A stretch of 64,000 nucleotides of DNA from the human T2T-CHM13v2.0 reference genome, Homo sapiens. Of this stretch, positions 51,934 through 64,000 are shown in pieces. Made by a program: the position numbers and the translations under genes. The stretch lies in NCBI RefSeq assembly GCF_009914755.1, contig NC_060935.1; one strand, 5' to 3'. Positions within the stretch are counted from its first letter, which is position 1. Every line of letters starts with the position of its first letter. The notes below the pieces were generated by a model, which ran no database searches, was not told the DNA's origin, and was given only the letters and a program-made list of their open reading frames with translations.

Positions 51934-52654
51934 AGGAAGGGAACACATGCATTGTTCCATCCAGGTTGCTTTGTTCCTCTAATGCCTCTGGTCTCCCTCT
52001 TTTTAATCTCAGAGGCATGCTTTATTCTAGAAATTCTATACGATTGTTATCCTAACTAATTGAAAATAAAAATTAAAGTTGAGTTGGCTTTTTTTGTGTG
52101 TGTTGGAGGGAGTGGTATAAAGGAGGATGCCTGGTTCTGTCAATAGGCTCACGAGCTCTGAGAATTTCCAATGCCTTCCGATCGTGGGTATCATTGCTCT
52201 TCAGAGGTCATGATCATGCATTGGCAGAAACCATCTTAGCGGAAAAACTCCATGTTTCAGCTCTGTGTACTGCCCAGGATTAATTGCACATTTTCCCCAG
52301 CAGGATCCTGTGTTTTCTGTTTCTAGCCGACACTACAGATCTTTTATTTCAGATCCCTCTCTTGTTTTCCAGCTTACGTTTACATTAATAAGGATTTATC
52401 TTCTTCTCTTTGTGAAAGCCTGTTTATGTCCAGGGTAGGAGGCGAGGCTAAATATGCTGCTCTCCCATTAGGAACATGAGAAAGGTGAAAAGGAAGAAAG
52501 CTGGAGGAGAAAGACAGACAGAGATGATAGGCCATAGTTTCGCTGGGAGGAAAGGACAGGACATATGGTTAGAGAACATTCTTTTACCCGTAAACACGAG
52601 CTCCTGGACCTGAAAACACAGTGTAAATAATTCTGCTGACAATAATTAATTAAC

Positions 52655-52855
52655 AATAATAGTTTGCACTGAGAGCTCAGCTTTCATCGGGCAACCTCAG
52701 AGCACTTCACAAACCACACTTAATTAAGCCTGCGGCCCCCCTGTGGAAGGTAAGCAGGTATTAATAGCGCCCTTTTTCTAGTGCTGACACAAAGGAATGG
52801 TGGAGTTCTGTGGCTTGCGGTGACTTGTTATTCTGAAATTGCCACTCAGTGGGAA
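52655..52855 (-). mobile_element. Very old CORE-SINE (MIR-type) relic
   Basis: AATAATAGTTTGCACT...CTCAGAGCACTTCACAAAC...TTAATTAAGCCT...CCCCTGTGGAAGGTAAGCAGGTATTA...GTGACTTG follows the antisense MIR layout. Confidence 0.45.
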
Positions 52856-54469
52856 AGAAAGGAGCCTTCAGTGAGTTTACCAGCATCCACATTTGTGTCA
52901 CTGAAGTGGCAGCCGTGACCTGCCTGAGTGACCAGTGTGTACAGCTGGCAATTAGTTGCCAACCTAACACAAAGCGCACTGTGCGTGCAGTCCATGCCTC
53001 TCTTTCTCTTCTAGGCTGACTGGCTGGCTCGTAGTCTCTTCTTATCTGACCGGAGCATGGAAAATCCTGTCTTCCTGTTCCCAGAGCAAGCTGGGATGAG
53101 CTCTCCTGCACAGACAGCATTTAATTTGTGATGGTTGATGAGGTTAGTCACCTTGCTCTTTACCGCTGTGTTCTCCTGGCCGGACTTTCTTTCTGCTGGT
53201 GACTTGTCATCTGGGGCTGATGGAGAGGGATCCGGGAAGAACAGAAGAGAGATGCTCACGTCTGCCTGGGTGGTGCTGCCATTGCCCTTTCCTGCTCATC
53301 CTCTGGTTGGCCCTTGGTTGACAGCTGCTGCTACACCCCCACCCTCCCACCCCCTGAGCCCCCCAGCTGGAACGGAGGAAAGATTAGCTCTCCTTGCATC
53401 TCATGCCAGGGCTGTGTGGTGGATTAGGCTGGCAGAGAGACCTGAATAGCTTCATCTTCTGGAGCAGGAGAATCTTCTTCAAGGTCACCCTGTAATGTAC
53501 ACGTGCTTGTGAAGTGTTCAGGGAAGCCACCTTCCAGGTCCACTCAGATCTCAGTTTGACACCAATACCCTAGGTTCTGACTTATACGAGTGATTCCCCA
53601 AACCTTTCTAGTATTGACACTGCTTCTTATGTCAAACATTTTGCAGAACACATCCCTTGTCAATTCCCCCACAATAAAATTTTATGTTATTATTAATCCT
53701 TGTAATACAAATGTTGTAGGGAAATTCATAGTGGCAAACAGCTATTATAAATTCAGTAATGATTTCACATAGAAACTTCTGTTGTAACAATATATAATAC
53801 ACTTGAAAATAAAATAAGTGCCGCGTATTCACAAAGCGCTATTTTTTCAGGCAAGAGACAACACTTAATGAGCACTCAAATTTGAAATTGCTTGCAATAA
53901 CTCCATATCATTCAAGGGCACTTGGCGCATGAGTTGGAAACCTTTGGTTTATAATATATAACCGTATAATAGTTGGGGTGTCTAAGCCTGTGAGGATTTG
54001 TGAGGATTTCCTGAAGTATACCCAACTCGGACCAAATGGCTGAATTTCTACTGCCAGGGGTGTACCTGTCCTTTCTGTGGAGAAGCATAAAAGCTGTATC
54101 CACACAGTCCATCTGGGAAAATGCCTTGAACCCTCTTCGGTAGGTTTCCGTTTACCTCTCATTACTCTTGGATTTCTTTTGATGTCTTTTTTCCTGAGAA
54201 TATCAAAACGTTTTTCTAAAAGTGACCATGATATGGTTTGCAAAAGCCGTGCTAAACAGGACGTGTCCATGGTGGGTCCACAAGGAATCAGAGGTGGCTC
54301 TAAATATGCTCATTACTTGAATTGGAATTCTTCTTTCCTTACATCATCAAGGTCTAGGAGGCCAAAAAAGAGAGGCAAGGAGAATTCAGGGCTGAGGGAA
54401 ATCATTAAAAAGAGAACAGATTGTTGTACAGACCAAGAATAGCTTGATGCCACTCATGGCTATCCTTTA

Positions 54470-54725
54470 TTGGGCTCCTGCTATGCCAGTATATTTACAG
54501 AGACTCAATAACAAGATATATGAAAAATGTAGATATGACTACTGTTGTTGCCGTCTGTTTTCTTCACAAGATTCGTGAAGGGTGGCTGTCTTTATTCCTG
54601 TTGTGGAGAAAACACAAGCTCAGTGTGATGTGTGACTTGCTCAGGGTCTTGAAGCTGGTAAGTGGCAAAGCTGGAGTCAAATGTAGGTTCAAGTCGAGAT
54701 TAGAAGTGCAGGTTCTGGCTCTGTG
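54470..54725 (-). mobile_element. MIR SINE
   Basis: GTGACTTGCTCAGGGTCTTGAAGCTGGTAAGTGGCAAAGCTGGAGTCAAA. Confidence 0.7.
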
Positions 54726-55074
54726 TATCTGTTAGGAGGCACAGTTGTTTCTAAGAGGGTGTAGAAAAGCATAACTTGCTGCACATAGTGGGGGCTGTCA
54801 GTATCTTGTGTCCCTCCCAGTAGACAGCTGGGTGCCCCATGTGCGGTGCAGTGTGAGCCCACTGCAGGGTTCTGCTACCCTGAAGAGGAGTGATGGCTGA
54901 TAGTTTCCATAGAGATGGTGCTATGTGGAGGAATGAGAGATTCTAGTTTTTGCTATAAAGAAGTGTCTGTGAACCCGGAGCCAGGAGTTTTTAGTTCCAG
55001 ATATATCACTGTTGGACTCTTTGTAAATTATGCAATTTCTCCAACTCTCACTTTCTCTTTCTGTAAGTTGATGT

Positions 55075-55341
55075 TTCATTCATACATGAGCTAATTTTTT
55101 GAGTTCCAGCTTTGAACTAGCTGCACTGTTGGGTGGTGTTCTTGATACTTTAGGAACTCAGTGCATTGATATATTAATAAAAAAGGTAATAATAATACAA
55201 TATAACACACAGAGTAGCAAAGACCTGGAAAAATTGCTATGGGTGCCTGGTGAAATCAAGGAAGGCTTCACAGAAGAGGTGACGTTTGAATCAGGTCTTG
55301 AAGACCTACAACCAGACGGGGGATTGAACTTAATTTTACTG

Positions 55342-55385
<44 letters not shown>

Positions 55386-56480
55386 TGTTTCTACTATGTA
55401 CCAGTTACTACGCAGGGCTTGGGGTATGTAACTGTGAATAAGACGAAAATAGTTTTCCTAAAATGCTCAGTCTTACTGGGGAGAGAGGCAACTACTATAT
55501 GTAACAAAATATTGCAGTAAGTACACACAGGAGGACCTCAAGGGGAGGGGTAGAACTTCAAGCAGAGAGAACAGGTTGTGTCAAGATGATAAATCCTGAA
55601 AGGGCTCAGCAGGCCCGAGCACAGTGTTTATGGATACACATGCAGATGGGGAGGCTGGAAAACAATGCAAAGGGCACACTGTAGAGGGTCACACAGGCTT
55701 AGTTAAAAGTTAGAATTTTAATCTGAAGAAAATGGAGACTGTGAATCAGAGAAACAGGCTAAATAAGAGACTTTGTTTCTTGCTTTTGTTGGTGGAGGGA
55801 AGGGGGCTAGTGAGAGATAGAAAGAAAGATCCCTCAGAAACTGGACATGATAGCCCGGGGAGAAGGTGGCAGAAGGAAGGCATCCACACAGGGCGTTGTC
55901 ACCATGGCAGCAGCAGGTGGGCTGGCGGAAGGAGAAGAGCTTTCCTGGGAAACGTCTCTGAATTAGAAGAGGCAACTTGCAGATGGAAGAGGGTTGGGGT
56001 GAAAGGAGGACTCGTGGGTAATTGATAGGTTCCCATCTTGGAAGACTGGGTAGATTAAGTATGGGATGTAGTTTTCCAAAAATCAGCACTACAGCTGAAA
56101 CAGAAGGTCTGATGGAGAGATCCCGAGTTCACATCTGGACATTCTCAGTGACGTGTTGTTGGATACTCAGGTGTACGTCCCCTTGGTCAGGTGGCAAGTC
56201 ATGACCAGACCTCAGCAGAGAGAAACTGGAGGTTTGAATTTTGTAATTATAAGGACATGGGTGCAACTGCAGCTATGGAAACGAGGAGAAAGGAGGGCCA
56301 AGGATAAATCCCTGGGAAAGGGAACATTCGGGGGTTCCACTGAGGCAGATAAGTGTTAAGGAGATTGAGGAGAAAAGCCAGAGAGTTGTGACTAAGATCC
56401 TGGAGGCTGAGAGAGGATGGGAGGTGGGCAAGGCAGCGGTGCTGCAGAGCAGGATGAAGAGGGACAGTGACTCATTTGGT
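55075..56480 (-). mobile_element. L2 fragments
   Basis: AAATCAAGGAAGGCTTCACAGAAGAGGTGACGTTTGAATCAGGTCTTGAAG; CTACTATGTACCAG; GAGGGCCAAGGATAAATCCCTGGG. Confidence 0.7.
55344..55383 (+). repeat. (TG)20 microsatellite
   Basis: Uninterrupted TG run. Confidence 0.97.
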
Positions 56481-56861
56481 TGGCAATTAGGGGCCCCCTG
56501 GGGGACTCAGGAAGGAGGCACACCTCTTACATAAGCTTTGTGAGGCTGCTTTTGGGCCAATGAGACAAAGCATATAAAGGCAGTAGACTGTGAAATGCTA
56601 GACAATGTCACGGATGAGTTCTCTGCCTGTATTGTTTCTTTCCCCTTCTCCACCTTTCATACACTCCCAAACGCTCTTTTCAGCTGCCAACCTGTATTGC
56701 CTATGCCCCACCCTGCAACTGTGCTGGTGCCTTTCTTCATTTCTTATTCGTGTTGTTCTGTCTGCCAAGAAGGCTTGCCAACCACACCCTGTGCTTCACT
56801 GCCTCTTCCCTCTCCTTTGGGACTCGTTTTGAACATCTCCTCCTCCAGGAAGCCCTGATTC

Positions 56862-57480
56862 TTAGCACTGGAGGTCACCCTCCTCTCCCGACCTCACATA
56901 CTCAGGACAGGCTAAAATGCCTCTCTTCTGTGCTTCCATAACTCATCCTAATTCCACATTTATCATCTATTAACTGTTTACAACACGTCCATTAGGTTGT
57001 CCATTATCTGTGTTCTCTTTTGAGCAGGGGCTATGTCTCATTTCCCTTAGAATCCCCATATTCTAGCCCAATGTCAGATATTTAATAGGGCCTTGACAAA
57101 CAGTTGTTGAACTTGAACCAACAAATAAGATGCAGATACCCAGGTATTGTTTTCCCTTTGTAGAAATCAGATTAGCACTGGAGATCACCCTCCTCTCCTG
57201 ACCCCACATACTCAGGACAGGCTAAATTGCCCCTCTTCTGTGCTTCCATAACTCATCCTAGTTCCACGTTTATCATCTATTAACTGTTTACAACATGTCC
57301 GTTAGGATGTCCATTATCTGCGTTCTCTTTTGAGCAGGGGCTATGTCTCATTTCCCTTAGAATCCCCATATTCTAGCCCAATGTCAGATATTTAATAGGG
57401 CCTTGAGAAACAGTTGTTGAACGTGAATGAACAAATAAGATGCAGACACCCAGGCATTGTTTTCCCTTTGTAGAAATCAG
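56862..57480 (+). repeat. 310 bp tandem duplication (56862-57170 / 57172-57480) spanning an L2 3' end
   Basis: About 17 substitutions in 309 bp by manual alignment (~94-95%), no indels seen. Confidence 0.97.
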
Positions 57481-58119
57481 AGCACTTAATCACTGAAGAA
57501 TAGTCTTTGACCACTCACCTAAGAAGTGAAGCAGTCAGTGGGGAGCTGTGACCAGACAGGCTGACAGCGCTAATTAAAACATCCAGCCCACGTGTATGCA
57601 AATCCAGAAACAGCATGTTAGGGAAGATAACTCCTGATTCAAACTCATCCCCAGAGCTTTTCCCTGAGCCCAGCTGTTTAGAAGCAATCTGCAGCATGGC
57701 CATTGGATAAAAGTTATTTCTGTTTGGTAAGGGTGGGGGTGCATGCAAATCTGTGGAGCCAGGGCAAGCAGGGCCGGAGCTGATGGGAAGTCAGATTGTA
57801 AAGGCTTAAGGAATGAAACCACAGTGAAAATAATCCCCAGAGACCTCATCAAGTTTGGGGTTAGAGAGCATGAACAAGGAAACAAATACCTGATTGGTAT
57901 ATCTTCCTGAGACTACCTGACTTCAGTGTTCGATACAGCATCCGGCCACAGACCCAAATTCAGAGGCACAAACCTTAGACAAATGATCTCAGCAGCCTTT
58001 GGCCTTCTGGAGTTGGTGCTTAACCCCTTGTAGTCACCAGTTTTGACAGAGAGCAAGACTATAAGTTTATTTGGCAGAGAGAGCTGTCTTCTAAGAATCT
58101 GAAATGCGATTCAGAGGAA

Positions 58120-58285
58120 ACCTGGTGGTTGAGAGAGAGGGATATTTGGGTTCTTATTCCAGCTCTATTGCAAACTGGCCATGTGAGCTTGTGCAAATCA
58201 CTTCATTTCTTTGAGCCTTTGTCTCCTCATCTTTAAAATTAGGAATTTTGGACTAATAGATCACCGGGATTCCTTCTTCTTCTAT
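58120..58285 (+). mobile_element. MIR/MIR3 fragment
   Basis: GGGTTCTTATTCCAGCTCT...GTGAGCTTGTGCAAATCACTT...GAGCCTTTGTCTCCTCATCTTTAAAAT. Confidence 0.7.
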
Positions 58286-59134
58286 GACAATGAAATGCTA
58301 CTCTCACAATTTAGTAGATTAGGAGACATGCTCCGTCCATGTTCATTCAGAGAGGTTGAACCAAGCTCTGGAAATAGCTACAAGGGTGCCATCTCCCAGC
58401 CCACTGGTTTGGACCACTCTCTTTTCCTTACACTCAGTCCTGGTTTTGTCATGTCCATACATTCCCAATGTGTTGTTTATTTTGCTTAGTCTCTGTTATC
58501 TTCGTCTTCTGGCCTTTGAAATTCTCCTTTCCATGATCTGCCTTTCAGCAATGCTGCTGGGCACTTGTGAGCATCCTAGACCTTTCAGAGAATAGGTACA
58601 GAGAGCAAAAAAAGAAAAATAGGAATTTGGTACATTTATGCCAATGCACCCTCTTGGAGCTCACACAGTTTTCTGCAGCTGCACACAAACCCAGCCAGGA
58701 TTACTGTCTAAAGAGCCTCCCTCAAGTGTCTGCAATAATATTCTATCATAGTGTCAGACCTGGAGGAGTTCACCTTTTGACGCATGCGCTCTGCACTGCT
58801 GTCGTCAGGCTGATTCAGCCAATGGGGATGTCCCTGGAAGATGCCAGGACCTGCTCTGTGTGCTCTTGGCAGTGGCGACACACCATTCTTTTTAGCTATG
58901 AAGGAGGTGGCTAGAGTTTTCAGGGAGCTGTACAGAACTGAGATCCCTCCTGCTCATGGAGAAGCAATGCACTAATTTGATAACTCCTAAAGCAGGGCCT
59001 GAATTTTACCCGATTTCTTTCCAGATTCTCAATTGCTATTCCTCTAATAATTCAGCCTTCATTATCTGTGCTCAAGAGTGTCAGCAGAGACTCAGTAAGT
59101 CATGGGAATCTATAAGTTGTATTCAATAGCCTCA

Positions 59135-59560
59135 ATTTATTCAACAAATATATATGAAGTGCCTACTATGCACCAGCCTTTCTGCTACAGGCCATGATTA
59201 CAAAAATGAATCAGCCATAAATTCTGGCATTCAAGATTCTGAGTCCAGGAAGACAGAGAATCAAAAAAATGAGAGAATTTGTCATCAGAGCTATGGAGTC
59301 AGAATCTGCTATTGGAGCCAAGTAAAAAAATGGCCAACTGTCCTTTGGGAAAGTGGGCAAGTTTCTTATCAGAGGAGTTTTTAGAAATGGAGAGTGGGGA
59401 AGGTCGCTAGAGGAAGAAGAGGATTTCCCCGACAAAACACACATGTGAAAGGTGCAGCTGCTGGGGAGAAGCTTTCAGTGTCTGGGAACAGGGTGTGAGG
59501 CAGGAAGAGACAGGAGAGGAGGCACGATGTGAGTTCATAAGGGAAGGAGGAGAAGGGTTA
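59135..59560 (-). mobile_element. L2 fragment
   Basis: TTTATTCAACAAATATATATGAAGTGCCTACTATGCACCAG. Confidence 0.65.
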
Positions 59561-59724
59561 CCAAGGTTGCATGTTCCACATGGTGCTAGAGCATTCCTCA
59601 TACTTCATCTCATCTGATCCTCTCAGAGGCACAGGGCTCAGATCCTTCTCTACCACTCAAATGTTATGCATGAAGCCTAGGACAAGTTGCTAAACAAAAC
59701 TAACCTTTTAAAAATCATAGCGAA

Positions 59725-60060
<336 letters not shown>

Positions 60061-60422
60061 TTAAACCCAGAAACATGAGAGATTTCTATCTCTGGCTGTT
60101 AAAGTGGTGCCTCGTAAATGTGCAGGTTCTGACCAGCCAACTCCTCTCCTTGGAGGTCTGGTTTGTGAGAGCTGAGCAGAGATAGAAGCGGAGGAGAGAA
60201 ACGAGTGTTCTTTCCTTAATACTCACAAAGTCACAGGTACGTAAGAGATGCCCTGGAAGGCTGAGCTGGAGAAGTGTGCAACATTCAGGTACCCCACCCA
60301 GGTGAGGTGTGCTGCTTGGGGGAGAGTGGCCCCATGCAGGGAGAAGGGCAGCTGACGCATGTGTTGAGTCTTGTTTCGGGCATAATATCAGTTATTTTAA
60401 ATTTTACAGCAAAACCACAGCA

Positions 60423-60660
60423 AATAATAATAATAATAATAATAATATCATCTACTATTTGCTGAGCTGTGACAAGACACAAGATGCTAAATCAAACTTT
60501 ACTATGTGACTTATTTATTTTCTGCATGTTCAGTTTAATCCTCACAGAGGCCTTATGAGGTAGATATTATTGATTCCCATTTTATAGGTGAGGAAATTGA
60601 GTGACAAAATGATCAAGTCTTAGAACCATTCAGTTCATTAACTACAAAGCAAGGATTCAG
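60423..60660 (-). mobile_element. MIR SINE with (TAA)n at its 3' end
   Basis: TTTAATCCTCACAG...TATGAGGTAGATATTATTGATTCCCATTTTATAGGTGAGGAAATTGAG. Confidence 0.8.
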
Positions 60661-63097
60661 GCTGCACGGGCTGGTGAGTTTTGGAGGAGAAACTCAAGAG
60701 TGAAGATCTTACTCCAAAAGGAAACAAGGGGGCTCAGTTTTACCTCTTCCAGGGAAGAGTCTAGACTCCTGAAGTCTTCCCTGCTTGCGGTGGTAGTGGA
60801 GTAGTCCATAATGGACTGGACATAGCAGATCACCCCGCAGAGAGGAGATCACTGTCTCAAAATAGTCACAGGGCAAAGTAACGCATAAAAACATAATAAA
60901 GAGGCTACGGGGGGACGCCCTGTTCTGCTAACCTCCTTGTGTGCTTGCTGATAACTATGTATTACCACTCAGAATCACAAGCAATAATTACTAGGCAGGA
61001 ATTGGGACTGAAAGGTGAGATGAGAGAGGTTGGAGATGCCTTGGCTCCCTCCTCCAGGGTTAATGTTCATGGGCAGGGGATGATGGATCCCTCTGGACAC
61101 AGAAGAGGGGATAAATTTTGAAATTCCTGATGTCCTGTGCCCCTGATTGTAGAAAAATCTCAAGCAACTCTATCCAATACTAAAACTGTCATATTCAAAG
61201 CTTTTGACAAAATGACCAAAGCAGGGTGTTAGAATGAATAAATCTGACTTATCTGCTGCCTCATTAGGACAGAGCTATTATGGGGGCCTGAGTCCCAGAA
61301 CCTCAGCTCTCCTGCTGCAGTCTCATGAGAGGACCCTACCCCACCTTGGATTCTTGGTGGATAATTTCATTTTAACTTTTGTTTTCCATTTTTTGATTTG
61401 GCTCTTATTGCCTGAACTTCACTGTGTTGTTTCACAGCTACTGCTATTTTGGGTTTGTGAAGTCATTTCTATTCTTAAGTGAGGAAGTGTGGTCAGACAG
61501 TGAGAGACCACAGTCAGGAGCTCCAGCATGTCCTCGAGCTAAGGAAGCACACAAAGCTAGATCCAATCCCCCACTTTGCTTTCCAGGAGGCAACTGAACT
61601 GTTGTCTATAGAGGGTAGCCCAGGGGACAGGGAGACCTTTGTGCTAGGCTTTGCGGGCCACTGCCCAGTTTGACTGGTTTGTGAACAGGCATATCTGGAC
61701 ACACCAAGCCTCCTCCCCAGCGCCCCATGTGCACATGGGGAGTGAGTGCACACAGCCTGAGAGTGGAGGTCCTCCCTCCAGTTCTGAGATCCCCAAAATT
61801 CAGATACAGGGTGTCTCTGCTGCACCAGCACAGTCAGAGTGGGCCTGTAAACCTCTGCAACCTCCTGGCCTAGTTCAGGGATTGGCCTTACCTAGAGAGG
61901 ACCAGGTATCCCCTGGTACCTTAGAAATGATTCTCAGCTGCCATCTCACCCACTAACACATCCATTCCTATCCCAGATTTTGTGGACACAACCAAGGCGC
62001 CTGGCAAGCCAGCTCACCTCCTTCTCTCCTTCATGTATCAGCTATAATTGAGAAAATGCTTTCCTGTCTTAAAAATGTATGGACACAGAAGATGAATGGA
62101 GACTAAGAGCTAAATCCACTATTACTATTCTACTCGAACCTGCTCTTTATTTTCCTCGGAAACTAAATAATGGATCTAAACTGTTTGCTATTACTTTAAG
62201 GAGCTGCTGATGCATCATAGAAATCTTTGAAAACATTCTCTTTAGATTCACGATTCTACTTCAAATACAGCCATTTTCTACCCTCTACCCTGTCCCTTAT
62301 TATTATTATTATTTTTATTTTGCAAAATCTTTACAAGGGAAAGGAATCTTGCTTGGCCAGGAGTTTCAGCAAAGGTTTTTCTTTACCTTGACTGAGCCAG
62401 GATATTGTCAATGATGTCAGAGCATGAACTCCACAGACACCTGTCTTATTACTAATTCTGGTGACTTTGGTGCTCTTCTAGCACTTATTACTTCCTGTAA
62501 CATCTTCCCTTAGACGTGTGAGCACTGAGAAGAGAAGAAACTTAGCCAAGGTCATAGAGGAACCTGATGACAGAGTTAAAACTGTCCCCATCTCATCATT
62601 TTGCTGCTGGACAGTGAAACCAAGGACTGATACTCCAAAAGAAAGGAAAAATTAAATTCATTAAAGGTCCATAACATAATTGCTTAATTACACAAGTTTG
62701 CTGCTACTAAGGAACTTCCTGATCATTTATTCCAACTCCAGCTTATTGTAGGTGAAGAAGTAAGATTAGAAAGGAATTCAAGTGCCTGTCTAGCTCAAGG
62801 TCATCTGGGTAGGTGATGATAGGACCAAGTCCAGACTCACACATCTCAGTTGAGGGCTTTTGTCTCCCCTCTATTTGTACTCATGATTTCTGCAGGAAAC
62901 AGGAGGATTTAATCGGCTTACTTGATTATTTGGGTTATACATCTATTAAGCAATTGCTGTGCAAAGACCAATCCAGTGAAACAGATTGCACTGGTTCTAA
63001 TGACTATGGCACGTTAAGAAGGCATGGTCCCTGGCTCTTAAAGCTCAGAATGTGAGAGGCCACCAGGGCACACCCTTGTCTGTCCTCTACTCTCTAA

Positions 63098-63260
63098 AGC
63101 AGCAATTCTTAGTCATGAGCTCCTGTTCCAGCCACCACAGGACATTTTTTAAAAAATGCACCCTCCACCTTCGGCTTCTGGGTAAGAATTTCCATGGGGA
63201 GTCCTAAAGCATGTGCTTTCTGCACAACTTCCACTGGGGACTTTGAAGAAGCCCATTGTT
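63098..63260. mobile_element. MER5B-like fragment
   Basis: AGCAGCAATTCTT...TTTTAAAAAATGCAC...AGAATTTCCATGGGG...TTTGAAGAAGCCCATTG. Confidence 0.4.
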
Positions 63261-63275
63261 AAGCGTCATAGTTCT

Positions 63276-63584
63276 GGCCAGGCTTGGTGGCTCATGCCCA
63301 TAATCCCATCACTTTGGGAGGCCGAGGCAGGTGGATCGCCTGAGGTCAGGAGTTTGAGACCAGCCTGGTCAACATGGTGAAACCCTGTTTTTGCTAAAAA
63401 TACAAAAATTAGTCAGGTATGGCGGCACATACCTTTAATCTCAGCTATTCAGGAGGCTGAGGCATGAGAATCACTTATACCTCAGGGGAGGAGGAGGTTT
63501 CAGTGAGCCAAGATCATGCCACTGCACTCCAGCCTGGGTGACAGAGGGAGACTCTGTCTCAAAAATAAATAAATAAATAAATAA
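63276..63584 (+). mobile_element. AluSx-like, full length, (TAAA)n tail
   Basis: Complete dimer; TSD AAG(C/G)GTCA(T/C)AGTTCT at 63261-63275 and 63585-63599. Confidence 0.93.
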
Positions 63585-64000
63585 AAGGGTCACAGTTCTA
63601 AAGCCCCTGGTGATTGACAGTGATGTTGTAGGGAGGAATGGCATCTGGGTGGAGGCAGGGAGGTGGATAGAGTGAGTGAGTTTCTCCTGTAGTCTGGAGG
63701 AAATCCCCAGGGCAGGAGAAAGACTCACCATACTCACTTTTCTATTCTAACCTTGAAAATCTCCCAGATAATATGTCTGCAAGGATGTGGAACCACCAAG
63801 CTTACATGAAACATCATCCCTTGCAGCCAATTTAATCTCTTGGACCTCAGGGCTTCCAGAAGAAATAACAGGTGAAGACCAGACACAAGATGCTTGAGTA
63901 TTTCCAAAACCATGAGGCATAATGATGTGATCAATGTCAAAAGGTTAACACCTAAAGCATCCTCTGCTATTCACTGTTTCTCATTCTGGGCCTCACATTA

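Overview
This is primate, probably human, non-coding genomic DNA (intronic or intergenic). It is CpG-poor and dominated by interspersed repeats. These include Alu (J, S, Y and monomers), a ~9.5 kb cluster of three degenerate LINE-1 copies (9.5-19.1 kb), many MIR and L2 relics, MaLR/ERV solo LTRs and MER DNA transposons. I found no protein-coding gene, structural RNA gene, CpG island or CRISPR array. The ORFs I could assign are L1 or Alu remnants or low-complexity artefacts, and the rest resemble no protein I recognise. I cannot identify the locus, and I see no convincing novel biological system. The most notable signals are local rearrangement scars: (1) a ~650 bp inverted copy of nearby DNA that replaces part of an L1 ORF2 (7.5-10.3 kb); (2) a ~190 bp duplication bracketed by inverted TA/TG flanks (47.6-48.4 kb); (3) a 310 bp tandem duplication with breakpoint microhomology (56.9-57.5 kb); (4) a 10 x 32 bp minisatellite at a MIR 3' end; (5) several structurally altered Alu/L1 copies. 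A repeat-poor block at 50-54 kb holds candidate regulatory and splicing signals. Repeat subfamily names come from remembered consensus sequences, and boundaries of old repeats are approximate.
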